A program made the translations under genes and the position numbers. Shown here piece after piece: positions 26,321-35,544 of a stretch of DNA of 35,544 bases (its first letter is position 1; every line of letters begins with the position of its first letter). Origin of the DNA: Sphingomonadales bacterium (GTDB lineage Bacteria; Pseudomonadota; Alphaproteobacteria; Sphingomonadales; Sphingomonadaceae); NCBI GenBank assembly GCA_043728175.1, contig JAYTMV010000400.1, forward strand, positions 1-35,544, in the 5' to 3' direction. The notes under the pieces were generated by a model. The model did not search any database, was not told where the DNA came from, and saw only the letters and a list, made by a program, of their open reading frames with translations.

Positions 26321-27079
26321 ATGGCTGACCTTTCGCGAGAGAAGCAGGACGAGCTAATTCAGCTAATGTTTCAACCAGAAGGCGACTATCAAGCTTTCGT
26401 CACCGAAAATGATGTTAAGCATGAACAGCCTGATGCACTCTGGACCATCATCGTTTCCATGGGGTGCCTGCTAGAGCGTAAGCATGCGATTAGGGATTTC
26501 ACACGGCGAACTAACGCGGATTGCGATGCTATCATTGCTACGTTAGTGGGTTCCAAGTTGTGGCTGCGCCTGGAGGAAGCCTTTCCGCCCTTTGACAACT
26601 ATCGCCGTAAGGAAGATTATGACTGGAGCGAAATCGAGACCTTCTCGGCCAAAGATGCGATAGCCGACCTCGATGGAGATGATGCCCAACAGTACCTGCT
26701 TAAGTATTTGGCTCGGCCCGAGCCGCCATTGGATGGTGTAATCTTTCGCATGCCGTATCAGACCTACAAACATGAGTTTGATGCCGGACGCCTCGTCTCA
26801 TTTGTTGATCGCGGCATGGCAGTACAGGCTTATAGATCTTCGGACAGCATCTGGACTTCGATTTTGCCAGCCAGCTTCCTGATCGGCTTGTTAGCATTTA
26901 TCCCGATAGCCGTGTTCTACAGCTTTTGGGTCGGCCTCGCGGTGCTCGCCGTTGCGATTATTTCAAGGAAGATGCTGACAAAAAAGGCCGTGGATTGGGT
27001 TAGGCAGGATGCGCTGGCAAACCGGGATCGGTATCGTTGGTATGTAGCTCGCGATATAGTATGGGCGCTTAGGCGCTGA
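26321..27079 (+). CDS. Hypothetical protein with C-terminal TM hairpin (start uncertain)
   Basis: Long ORF with two hydrophobic segments near the C-terminus; no recognised motif; composition differs from the core genes. Confidence 0.65.
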   Translation: MADLSREKQDELIQLMFQPEGDYQAFVTENDVKHEQPDALWTIIVSMGCLLERKHAIRDFTRRTNADCDAIIATLVGSKLWLRLEEAFPPFDNYRRKEDYDWSEIETFSAKDAIADLDGDDAQQYLLKYLARPEPPLDGVIFRMPYQTYKHEFDAGRLVSFVDRGMAVQAYRSSDSIWTSILPASFLIGLLAFIPIAVFYSFWVGLAVLAVAIISRKMLTKKAVDWVRQDALANRDRYRWYVARDIVWALRR

Positions 27080-27158
27080 ATGCCGTACCGGTGCGAACGG
27101 CAGATTTCCTCGAACATCCGCCTATCCCCCTTAGGCTCCACCACAGCACCCACAACCC

Positions 27159-27273
27159 TCAATCCCTAAGCAACTCATTGATCGCGGTTTTGGCGCGTCT
27201 GTGCGTCAACGCGTTTGACGATGACCGCGCATGCAAGGCCGGGGCCGGGACTGCCTTCCGGCAGAGGTTTACT
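27159..27273 (-). pseudogene. Degenerate copy of the dapD 3' end
   Basis: Aligns with 28153-28269 at about 74% identity. [24 protein letters not shown], then a 2-nt deletion, then [12 protein letters not shown]-stop. Most substitutions are at third codon positions. Confidence 0.93.
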
Positions 27274-27285
27274 AGATAGACTTTC

Positions 27286-27403
27286 GGTGACGACGACCGT
27301 GCCGTAGGATAAAGACGGCAAGGAAATCTGGCGCGTGATCGGTGGGATGGATTGGGAAGGGCCGCCCGCCAAAACGCTTATGCCCGAGGCCATTGGGGGT
27401 TAA
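27286..27403 (+). pseudogene. Degenerate copy of the tlpA 3' end
   Basis: Ungapped match to 26017-26134, 93/118 identical: [37 protein letters not shown]-stop, with a TAC>TAG nonsense change. Confidence 0.93.
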
Positions 27404-27816
27404 ACGCGGAGGATGTCGGCGAAGCGTCTCGCGCTAATGATTTTCGTGTTGCCGTGTGTTTCCAGCCCGATAAGATCGCGTTTATCGCCAGTAACAAGGA
27501 AATCGGCATTTCCTGCTTGCGCCAAGGCGAGCAAGAAATCATCGCTAGGGTCAGTGGAACGCATGACGTTTGGCAGACGGTCAATGAAGGTTGCTGCGTC
27601 GGCCAGCTCGTTGATCAGGCGTCCGGCTTGAGCGCGCGAAATTCGGCTGGCGATTTTTGGGTAGGCCGTGGTCATACGAATTTCATCAAGCAGCCGCTGA
27701 TGCGCCAATATCTCAAAGCGTTGGGTGATTGCAGCCGCAACAATTTTTGCGGAAACGCCGTTTGGTGAAATCAACGCACTGATTATGATGTTGGTATCAA
27801 GAACAACCCGGCTCAC
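27400..27816 (-). CDS. PIN-family putative toxin
   Basis: RVVLDTNIIISAL, LLDEI, DPSDDFLLALA, LVTGDKRDL. GTG 27816 overlaps the antitoxin stop. Confidence 0.9.
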   Translation of the reverse strand: MSRVVLDTNIIISALISPNGVSAKIVAAAITQRFEILAHQRLLDEIRMTTAYPKIASRISRAQAGRLINELADAATFIDRLPNVMRSTDPSDDFLLALAQAGNADFLVTGDKRDLIGLETHGNTKIISARRFADILRV

Positions 27817-28085
27817 CCGGCGTTTGCCCAACTCCGATCAGCAAAACGATCAGGATCAAGCGATGCCATTGCTTCGTCTATCAGGGCCGCTGCTTCTGCT
27901 TCAGATAAATCTTGATTGGCTTCCTGAATTTCCCTGACGGTCTCACCGAGCATCGCCAACGAAACCGCCTTCTCAACAAATTTTGAGAGGTCGCCTTTTT
28001 TTCCGCCCCTTGCCGCAAGGTGCATCCGCAGGTTGGTATCAACCCGACTAGACACTTTCAGATTCCAGCGTGCATCGGCGTTCAT
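27813..28085 (-). CDS. Ribbon-helix-helix antitoxin
   Basis: RWNLKVS...D..LR..LA...KKGDLSKFVEKAV; upstream of and coupled to the PIN gene. TTATGCG direct repeats at 28101-28115 may be its operator. Confidence 0.8.
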   Translation of the reverse strand: MNADARWNLKVSSRVDTNLRMHLAARGGKKGDLSKFVEKAVSLAMLGETVREIQEANQDLSEAEAAALIDEAMASLDPDRFADRSWANAG

Positions 28086-28152
28086 GGCAAATTCCTGTGT
28101 TTATGCGCTTATGCGTCCAACTAACAGAATGTCCGCAGCGCTGCAATCTGCC

Positions 28153-28992
28153 TCAATCCCTTAGCAACTCATTGATCGCCGTCTTTGCCCGCGTCTGCGC
28201 ATCAACCCGCTTGACGATCACCGCGCACGAGAGGCTCGGCCCCGGCGATCCGTCGGGCAAGGGCTTGCCGGGAAGGCTGCCGGGAACGACGACTGAATAA
28301 GCGGGGACGCGGCCGACGAAGACTTCGCCCGTCGCGCGGTCGATGATCTTGCTGGTTGAGCTAATGAAGACGCCCATTGAGAGCACCGCGCCGCGTTCGA
28401 TCACCACGCCCTCAACCACTTCACTGCGTGCGCCGATGAAGCAATCATCCTCGATCACCACTGGCCCGGCTTGGAGTGGCTCAAGCACGCCGCCGATGCC
28501 GACGCCGCCCGATAAGTGGACATTTGCGCCAATCTGCGCGCAACTGCCGACCGTCACCCATGTATCGACCATGCTATTTTCGCCGACATAAGCGCCCAGA
28601 TTAACAAAGCTTGGCATCAGCACCGCCCCCTTGGCGATATACGCGCCGCGCCGGACGATGCTGCCGGGCACCGCGCGGAAACCAGCAGCGCGGAAATGGT
28701 TTTCGCCCCAGCCATCAAACTTGCTCGGCACCTTGTCCCACCAATGGCTGCCGCCGGGGCCACCGGGGATCATCGCCATGTCATTGAGGCGAAACGAGAG
28801 CAGTACGGCCTTTTTGAGCCATTGATTGACTTGCCAGCCGCTTGATGTTGGCTCTGCGACGCGGGCTTCGCCGCTATCGAGAAGCCCAAGCGCCGTCTCA
28901 ACAGCATCGCGCACTTCGCCCATTGTTGCGGGGCTGATCGTATCGCGCGCGTCCCATGCGGTTTCGATCGTGGCTTGCAGGTGGCTTGTCAT
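28153..28992 (-). CDS. dapD: Tetrahydrodipicolinate N-succinyltransferase
   Basis: [55 protein letters not shown]. Confidence 0.97.
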   Translation of the reverse strand: MTSHLQATIETAWDARDTISPATMGEVRDAVETALGLLDSGEARVAEPTSSGWQVNQWLKKAVLLSFRLNDMAMIPGGPGGSHWWDKVPSKFDGWGENHFRAAGFRAVPGSIVRRGAYIAKGAVLMPSFVNLGAYVGENSMVDTWVTVGSCAQIGANVHLSGGVGIGGVLEPLQAGPVVIEDDCFIGARSEVVEGVVIERGAVLSMGVFISSTSKIIDRATGEVFVGRVPAYSVVVPGSLPGKPLPDGSPGPSLSCAVIVKRVDAQTRAKTAINELLRD

Positions 28993-29660
28993 ACAGTCTC
29001 TCCCAAAATTTCGTTCAGCCAGTCACTGACATGGGCAATTTCATGATCAATGAAACTCGCGCAAGCCTCCGCATGGCCATATTCAGAACCATTATTGACC
29101 CAGACGGTCGCCATGCCAAGCGCCTTGGCAGGCTTCAGGTTGCGCGCCATATCCTCAACGAAGATCGCGCGCGCCGGATCAACTTTAAGGGCGTCGCACA
29201 TCATCGTGTAACTACGCGGATCAGGCTTGGGGAGAAGGTCGCTGCCATAAATATCGTGGATCGCTTCAAAGCTCTCACCAAGCCCAAGGGCCCCAAGCAC
29301 GCGTCCGGCATAATCAACATCGCCGTTGGTGTAGATCAGTTTACGCCCCGGCAGCTTGTTGAGCGCGCTTGCAAGTGCGGGATCAGGCGAAAGGCGATCC
29401 ATCGCGATGTCATGAACGAAATCGAGGAAATGTTTGGGGTCAACGTCATGGCTCGCCATCAGGCCTGAAAGCGTCGTCCCATGTTCATGGAAATGCGCTT
29501 TTTGCACGCGCTTTGCTTCAACTGCGTCGCAGCCAAGCAAGGTTTCGATATAGGCACCCATCCGCACATCAATCAGCGCAAACAGGTTCGCGCTTGATGG
29601 ATAGAGCGTATTGTCGAGATCAAAGATCCAGCAATCGATATGATTGAGCGTCGGTGGCAC
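28989..29660 (-). CDS. Pyrimidine 5'-nucleotidase (HAD)
   Basis: [38 protein letters not shown] 29660 is the likely start. Confidence 0.9.
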   Translation of the reverse strand: MPPTLNHIDCWIFDLDNTLYPSSANLFALIDVRMGAYIETLLGCDAVEAKRVQKAHFHEHGTTLSGLMASHDVDPKHFLDFVHDIAMDRLSPDPALASALNKLPGRKLIYTNGDVDYAGRVLGALGLGESFEAIHDIYGSDLLPKPDPRSYTMMCDALKVDPARAIFVEDMARNLKPAKALGMATVWVNNGSEYGHAEACASFIDHEIAHVSDWLNEILGETV

Positions 29661-29758
29661 CGCGCGGCCATAGCGATTGGACAAGCCGCACGCAAATTTG
29701 TTAACCAAAGTGCAATGGCCGCTTGCTAGCAAGTTTGTACACTATTGTGGAGTATATC

Positions 29759-32083
29759 ATGAACAGGTCGCCGCTGCTTCGCCTTTTACTCATTGGCACC
29801 GCGTTTCCAGCACTTTTGATGCTTGGAGCATGTGGCGGTGGAAGTAGCGGAGGCGCTGTGAGTTCAACCCCGCCGCCCCCGCCGATTGCACCACCGCCTC
29901 CACCCCCTCCACCGCCGCCGTCTCCTCCACCGCCGCCAACAGGCACCAATTTTGACACATCTGAGTTCAGGCGCTCAAACGCGGTTGTCCAATCGGGTGC
30001 GCTCACTGCCTATAATGCGGGCGCGACGGGCAGCGGCGTCGTTGCGGCGGTCATCGACAGCGGGATTAATGCCAACAGTGCTGAATTTGCGGGGCGGATT
30101 CTCTCCGCCTCTGCCGATCTCGCCGGATCGCGCGGGATACAGGATGAGGGCGGCCACGGCACGGCGGTATCAAGCGTCTTACTAGGCGCAAAGGATGATA
30201 TTGGCGCACACGGTGTTGCCTTTGGTGCGCAATTGCTGGTTGCGCGCACTGACAGTGTGGGAAGCTGCGCCAATGCGAGTGCGGAGGATAGCTGTTCGCA
30301 CAATGATAATGCGATTGCGCGCGGGGTTGATCTCGCGGTGGCCAATCGTGCGCGCGTGATCAACATTTCGCTTGGCGGATCGCCTGCAAACGCGACATTG
30401 CGCGCAGCGATTGGTCGTGCCACGGCCAATGGCATCGTCATCGTCATTTCGGCGGGCAATGACGGCGTTGAAGATCCGGCAGCAGCGGTCAATCCTGATC
30501 TGTTTGCGCAAATTGCCAATGATCCGCTGGCGCGTAATCTCGTGGTGATTGCAGGCGCGCTTGATTCGTCAAATGTCGCGCTTGCAGGTTTTTCAAATCG
30601 AGCCGGGAACGGCGCGACGCATTATTTGGGCGCGCTTGGATCGCGGGTGCGCGGCATCGATGAAAATGACGCAGCGTTTTTGTTCAGCGGCACCAGTTTT
30701 TCAGCGCCGGTAATTTCAGGCGCTGTAGCGCTGCTTGCCGGGGCGTTCCCAAACCTCACCGGCGGACAGATTGTTGACTTGCTGTTTCGTACCGCCAATG
30801 ACCTGGGTACTATCGGCGTTGACGGCGAATTTGGGCAGGGCGCGCTTAATCTTGCCCGCGCTTTTGCGCCGCAGGGGGCAACCGCGCTTGCAGGCTCTGC
30901 AATTCCGGTATCGCTTACCGCAGCGGGCACGACATCAGCGCCACTTGGTGATGCTGGCAAATCTGGGCTGTCAGCCGTCGTGCTTGATAGCTTTGGCCGT
31001 GCTTACACCACCGAAATTGGGACAGCGAGAGGATCAGCCCCAATTGCGCCGCGACTGGCACAAGGGTTAAATATCGGAGCGCGCAGTGTTGGTTTTCAAA
31101 CCGGGCGGGTCGCGGCGTCGCTTTCAGTCTCACAGGCCTCAAGCGATAGCGCTGCTGAACGCTTGCTCCTCACAGGCCAGCAAACGGGTCGTGCCCGCGC
31201 TCTTGCCGGGCAAATCATCGCGCAATTGGGAGAAAGAACGAGCGTTGCCTTCGGCATTTCACAAAGCGGGTTGGCGCTCGCCAAGGATTACCGCGAGAGC
31301 AAAAGCAGCGCGTTCCTCATCGGACGGTCGGCAACGCGCGACTGGGGTTTTGATGTACGCGCCAAATCGGGGCTTGCGCTTGGCCACAGGCTTGGCGGGG
31401 TTGAATGGTCACTTGCTGCGGAAACAGGCGCAGTCAGCAACTTTGAGCGCGACCCGCGCCTACGCGGAATTGAAAAACGCTATGGTTATGCAGCGTTCAG
31501 CCTCGGCGCGGCGCGACAATTCGGGCCACTTTCGCTTGGTGGCCATGCAACATGGCTGCGCGAAAGCGATACATTGCTTGGCAGTCGCCTTGCCGATGTC
31601 TTTGGCGCAAATGGTGCTGACAGCCTATTTGCTGACGCGAACATAGCACTGACCCCGGCGCGCGATTGGCAAATTAGCGCGGCATGGCGGCATGGCTGGA
31701 CACGGCTTGGTGCAGGTGGCGCACGGCAGGGGATTGACCGCCTCAAAACCAGCGCATGGTCGTTTGATGTTGCGCGCGACAATCTGTTCACTGGATCAGA
31801 CAGTCTCGCGCTGCGCATTGCCCAGCCGCTGCGGATCAGCAACGGCGGGCTTAACCTGACGCTGCCAACAGGCTATGACTATGCCAGTGGCACCGCGCTA
31901 TTTGGGGTTCAGCGGCTCAACCTTGCCCCCGATGGACGTGAGCTTGATATTGAGGCGGTGTATGCGATGCCGGTGCTTGGCGGCGCGCTTTCGGCCAACC
32001 TATTCTGGCGGCAACAACCCAGCAATATCGCGGCGTCGCCGAGCGATAAGGGCGCGGCGATCCGCTTTTCACTCGGACTGTAA
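29759..32083 (+). CDS. S8 subtilisin-like serine peptidase, lipoprotein, probable C-terminal beta-barrel (copy 1)
   Basis: LGA-C lipobox, Gly/Ser then poly-Pro linker, VIDSG (Asp), GHGT (His), SAGN, SGTSFSAP (Ser), amphipathic strands ending IRFSLGL. GGAG RBS. Confidence 0.9.
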   Translation: MNRSPLLRLLLIGTAFPALLMLGACGGGSSGGAVSSTPPPPPIAPPPPPPPPPPSPPPPPTGTNFDTSEFRRSNAVVQSGALTAYNAGATGSGVVAAVIDSGINANSAEFAGRILSASADLAGSRGIQDEGGHGTAVSSVLLGAKDDIGAHGVAFGAQLLVARTDSVGSCANASAEDSCSHNDNAIARGVDLAVANRARVINISLGGSPANATLRAAIGRATANGIVIVISAGNDGVEDPAAAVNPDLFAQIANDPLARNLVVIAGALDSSNVALAGFSNRAGNGATHYLGALGSRVRGIDENDAAFLFSGTSFSAPVISGAVALLAGAFPNLTGGQIVDLLFRTANDLGTIGVDGEFGQGALNLARAFAPQGATALAGSAIPVSLTAAGTTSAPLGDAGKSGLSAVVLDSFGRAYTTEIGTARGSAPIAPRLAQGLNIGARSVGFQTGRVAASLSVSQASSDSAAERLLLTGQQTGRARALAGQIIAQLGERTSVAFGISQSGLALAKDYRESKSSAFLIGRSATRDWGFDVRAKSGLALGHRLGGVEWSLAAETGAVSNFERDPRLRGIEKRYGYAAFSLGAARQFGPLSLGGHATWLRESDTLLGSRLADVFGANGADSLFADANIALTPARDWQISAAWRHGWTRLGAGGARQGIDRLKTSAWSFDVARDNLFTGSDSLALRIAQPLRISNGGLNLTLPTGYDYASGTALFGVQRLNLAPDGRELDIEAVYAMPVLGGALSANLFWRQQPSNIAASPSDKGAAIRFSLGL

Positions 32084-32173
32084 CGCGCACGGCACAGATT
32101 ATCGTCGCAACACTTGCTATCGCTGCGCTTTGGCGCAATCATCCGCCTCAATATAAAGGCGCTCAGAAGAGAG

Positions 32174-34501
32174 ATGCGTATTTCTAACGCTCGTAGGATT
32201 TTGCTCGTCGGTGCGGCCCTGCCGCTGCTCTTGCTATTGCCTGCCTGTGGCGGGGGAGGCGGCAGTGTAGATTCTACACCACCGCCACCGCCAGTTACGC
32301 CGCCACCTCCTCCGGTTCCACCTCCTCCACCTCCTCCTCCGCCACCACCAGTTATTCCGCCAGTAGGTTCGTTCGATACTGCGGAATATCGTGGATCAAA
32401 TGCGCTGGTGCAGGCGCAGGCGATCTCGGCCTATGACGCCGGAGCCAACGCAGGTGGGCTTGGCGTTATTGCCGCCGTGGTTGATAGCGGGGTCGTACCC
32501 AGCAACGCTGAATTTGCGGGGCGGATTCATCCCAACTCGCGTGATATTGCGGGTACGCGCGGGCTAGGCGATGATGGTAATCATGGCAGTCAGGTGGCTG
32601 GTGTCCTGCTCGGCGCGCGCAATGGTTCGGCCTCACACGGCGTTGCTTTTAATGCCACCCTGCTTGCGCTGCGCACTGATAATCCGGGCAGTTGTGAGGC
32701 GCCTAATCCAGTGGTTCAGGGCGGTTGCTTTCATGAATATAACAACATCGCCACGGCCGTTGATGTCGCGCGAACAACCGGCGCACGCGTGGTTAATCTC
32801 TCAATCGTTGGGCCAGCGGCATCAACGCAACTGCTTGCAGCGGTTGACCGCGCCACAGCGGCGGGGATCGTTATTGTCATAGCGGCGGGCAATGAACGCA
32901 CGCTTGATCCCACTGAGCTTGCTCAACTTGCCAATGGGCCGGGTGCGCGCGGGCTAGTGATTGTCGCGGGTGCACTTGACGGGACGAACGCCGCGCTCAC
33001 CGGATTTTCGGCGCGCGCAGGCAATACTGCCACGCGTTTCCTCGGCGCGGCTGGATTAAGCGTTCGCACAGTCAATGCAGCAGGCGCGCAAAGCACCGTG
33101 AGCGGTACATCCTTTGCAGCACCCGTAATTTCAGGCGCAGTTGCCTTGCTCGCGCAAGCCTTCCCAAACCTCACAGGCGCACAGATTGTCGATCTGCTGT
33201 TCCGCACTGCCAATGATTTAGGCGTAGCAGGCAATGATACGACATTTGGCGGCGGCGCGCTCAATCTCGCGCGCGCCTTTGCGCCGCAGGGGCCGACAGC
33301 ACTTGCAGGAAGCGCTGTACCCGTCACGCTTGGCGGCAGCAACGGCGTGACGTCTGGCGCGATTGGTGACGGTGGGCGCGGCGCGGCGGCGGTTGTGCTC
33401 GATAGCTTTGGTCGGGCTTATAGTGTTGACCTTGGCGGATCAATCAGGTCAGCACCGCTCACGCGTAAACTAGCGGCCTCGCTTGGAATAGGCGCGCGCG
33501 GCGTGGCGACTTCGCTTGGGGGCGCACAGGTTGCGCTTTCGGTTGCGCCTTCACGTGGCGGCTCAGCCCTCGATGCGCTGCGGCTATCCCCGCAAGATCG
33601 CGATACCGCGCGGGTGCTGGCGGGTTCAGTTGTGGCGCGGATTGGCCAGAATACCCAGATTGGTTTTGGCTTTGGGAAAAACAGCCTCGCGCTCATTGAT
33701 CAACTAACGCTGCGGCGTGGCGCGGCGTTCCTTGTCGCTGAACGCGCGAGCGACAGCCTTGGCTTCTATCAGCAGCCGGGATCGGCTTATGCAATTGGCC
33801 ACAGGTTTAGTGGCTTCCTGATTTCAGCAAGCCTTGAATCTGGACGAGAGCGCCCGTTTGAAAGCGGGCTTACCCTATCACCACGCGGTAATGAGCGCGG
33901 TTATCGCTATGACCGACTATCGCTTGGCGCTGACCGTCAGTTCGGTGCGTTTGCGCTTGGCGGGCGGCTGACGCGGCTTGAGGAAGCCGACACCGTACTT
34001 GGCGCGCGTTTCTCGCCGCTCATCGGTAATGGTGCCATAAGCTGGTTTGCCGATGCCTCGGCGCGGTTGGCAATCGCCCGAAATTGGGAAATTGGCGCGC
34101 TCTGGCGGCAGGGCTGGACGCGCGTTGCCGCAGGTGGGGCACGTGAACGCAGTGACGCCCTTCGCGCCAATGCGTGGTCTTTCGATGTGACGCGGGATCG
34201 CTTACTTGGCAACGCTGACAGTCTGTCGCTGCGCATTGCTCAGCCACTACGGATCAGCACAGGCGGGCTTAATCTGACGCTGCCAACTGGCTATGATTAC
34301 GCAACCCAGACCGCAACATTCGGCGTCTCGCGGATCAACCTTGCGCCCGAAGGCCGTGAGCTTGATCTTGAGGCGGCCTATAGCCTGCCCTTTGTAGGCG
34401 GATCACTCGGTACCAATCTTTACTGGCGCAAAGACCCCGGCAATATCGCCGCATCGTCAAACGACATAGGCGGCGCGGTGCGCGTCAGTTTCGGCTTTTG
34501 A
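32174..34501 (+). CDS. S8 subtilisin-like serine peptidase, lipoprotein, probable C-terminal beta-barrel (copy 2)
   Basis: LPA-C lipobox, poly-Pro, VVDSG, NHGS, AAGN, SGTSFAAP, C-terminus VRVSFGF. Colinear with copy 1. Confidence 0.9.
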   Translation: MRISNARRILLVGAALPLLLLLPACGGGGGSVDSTPPPPPVTPPPPPVPPPPPPPPPPPVIPPVGSFDTAEYRGSNALVQAQAISAYDAGANAGGLGVIAAVVDSGVVPSNAEFAGRIHPNSRDIAGTRGLGDDGNHGSQVAGVLLGARNGSASHGVAFNATLLALRTDNPGSCEAPNPVVQGGCFHEYNNIATAVDVARTTGARVVNLSIVGPAASTQLLAAVDRATAAGIVIVIAAGNERTLDPTELAQLANGPGARGLVIVAGALDGTNAALTGFSARAGNTATRFLGAAGLSVRTVNAAGAQSTVSGTSFAAPVISGAVALLAQAFPNLTGAQIVDLLFRTANDLGVAGNDTTFGGGALNLARAFAPQGPTALAGSAVPVTLGGSNGVTSGAIGDGGRGAAAVVLDSFGRAYSVDLGGSIRSAPLTRKLAASLGIGARGVATSLGGAQVALSVAPSRGGSALDALRLSPQDRDTARVLAGSVVARIGQNTQIGFGFGKNSLALIDQLTLRRGAAFLVAERASDSLGFYQQPGSAYAIGHRFSGFLISASLESGRERPFESGLTLSPRGNERGYRYDRLSLGADRQFGAFALGGRLTRLEEADTVLGARFSPLIGNGAISWFADASARLAIARNWEIGALWRQGWTRVAAGGARERSDALRANAWSFDVTRDRLLGNADSLSLRIAQPLRISTGGLNLTLPTGYDYATQTATFGVSRINLAPEGRELDLEAAYSLPFVGGSLGTNLYWRKDPGNIAASSNDIGGAVRVSFGF

Positions 34502-34504
34502 GGC

Positions 34505-34858
34505 TTAAACGGTAAAGCTTTCGCCGCAACCACACGCACCTTTTGCATTGGGGTTATTGAACACAAACCCGGCGGTGAAATCATCCTCGACCCAGTCCAT
34601 TGTCGATCCAACGAGATAAAGCACTGATCCGCCATCAACGAACAATACGCCGCCCGCCGTCTCAATCCGCTCATCAAATGCGACCGCTTCGCTCACATAA
34701 TCAACTGAATAGGCAAGCCCCGAACAGCCACGACGCGGGGTTGAGAGCTTTACGCCAATCGTGCCCTCAGGCGCTTTGGCCATCAGGTTTGCGATGCGCG
34801 TTTCAGCGGCAGGCGTCAGCGCAAGGGCGGCGGGGCGGGCGCGGGTGAGCGTCGTCAT
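34505..34858 (-). CDS. HesB/IscA/SufA Fe-S cluster carrier
   Basis: GCSGLAY, FVFNNPNAKGACGCGESF. Confidence 0.95.
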   Translation of the reverse strand: MTTLTRARPAALALTPAAETRIANLMAKAPEGTIGVKLSTPRRGCSGLAYSVDYVSEAVAFDERIETAGGVLFVDGGSVLYLVGSTMDWVEDDFTAGFVFNNPNAKGACGCGESFTV

Positions 34859-35304
34859 TACAGCATCCCCAATTCTAATTTGGCGTCATCAGACATTTTT
34901 TGCGGATCCCATGCGGGTTCCCAAACCAGCACAACCTCAGCATCACCAATGCCGGGGACGCTGCCCACGCGGAGCTCAACCTCTTGCGGCATCGATTCAG
35001 CAACGGGACAATTTGGCGTGGTCAGCGTCATCGATACCAGCGCATGGCCGCCCGAAATCTCAACATTATAGATCAGGCCAAGATCATAGATGTTGACTGG
35101 AATTTCGGGGTCATAAATCTCCTTGAGCGCTTCAATCACCGCCTCATAAAGATCGCCGCCGGGCTCTTCGCCCGTCAGATCAACTGATTTTTGCGCGAGA
35201 AATCCCTCAAGATAATCGCGTTTGCGCGTAAGCTTCTCGATCGGCGCTTCATCAACGCGGGCTCGGGGCGCTGGCGCTACACTGTCTACTTCTTCGATTC
35301 TCAT
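34858..35304 (-). CDS. SUF system Fe-S assembly protein (DUF59/SufT-like)
   Basis: [37 protein letters not shown]...MS. Confidence 0.92.
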   Translation of the reverse strand: MRIEEVDSVAPAPRARVDEAPIEKLTRKRDYLEGFLAQKSVDLTGEEPGGDLYEAVIEALKEIYDPEIPVNIYDLGLIYNVEISGGHALVSMTLTTPNCPVAESMPQEVELRVGSVPGIGDAEVVLVWEPAWDPQKMSDDAKLELGML

Positions 35305-35544
35305 CCGAATATCCTCGATACTCTCTTTAATCCAGAAACAAGCGCTTCGACATCGCTTTCATCATTATAAATCCCAAAACTCGCGCGCGCGGTCGCCTCA
35401 ACGCCGAGGTAAGCCATCAGCGGCTGTGCACAGTGATGCCCCGCCCGGATCGCAACGCCCTCTTCATCCAAGATAGTGCCGATGTCATGCGGATGCACCC
35501 CTTCGATTGCAAAAGAGACGATACCAGCCGAATCTTCAGGGCCG
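35301..35544 (-). CDS. sufS: Cysteine desulfurase, 3' part (5' end outside window)
   Basis: [31 protein letters not shown]. Confidence 0.92.
   Translation of the reverse strand, partial: GPEDSAGIVSFAIEGVHPHDIGTILDEEGVAIRAGHHCAQPLMAYLGVEATARASFGIYNDESDVEALVSGLKRVSRIFG

Noticed and set aside
29868-29940. CCG/CCA tandem DNA repeat as a contingency locus (also ~32278-32362)
   Set aside because: Mixed synonymous Pro codons show a protein-level poly-Pro linker, not a pure slippage tract.

Overview
Chromosomal window of an alphaproteobacterium, sphingomonad-like by gene content and order (inference). The housekeeping backbone is cysE', gph, glmU, glmS, alr, phaR with a PhaC-like gene, lysA, argH, tlpA, dapD and the end of a suf operon. 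Two things stand out. (1) A tightly coupled four-gene RiPP-like locus at 1770-4329: a Tat-signal-bearing candidate precursor, a PqqD/RRE protein, an HprK-related kinase and a nucleotidyltransferase, with no cyclase or peptidase. (2) A repeated pattern of small cargo cassettes (five intact toxin-antitoxin modules, one antitoxin stub, orphan membrane proteins) lodged at the 3' ends of core genes, with no integrase or transposase in the window. Some cassettes are separated by degenerate, synonymously diverged copies of the flanking core-gene 3' ends (dapD', tlpA', glmS'), which suggests tandem cassette accretion. Also present: tandem lipoprotein subtilase genes with probable beta-barrels, a stand-alone membrane-anchored CobT-type VWA protein, palindromic repeats and candidate operators. 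All family calls come from motif recognition by eye; no searches were run, and alignments were counted by hand.
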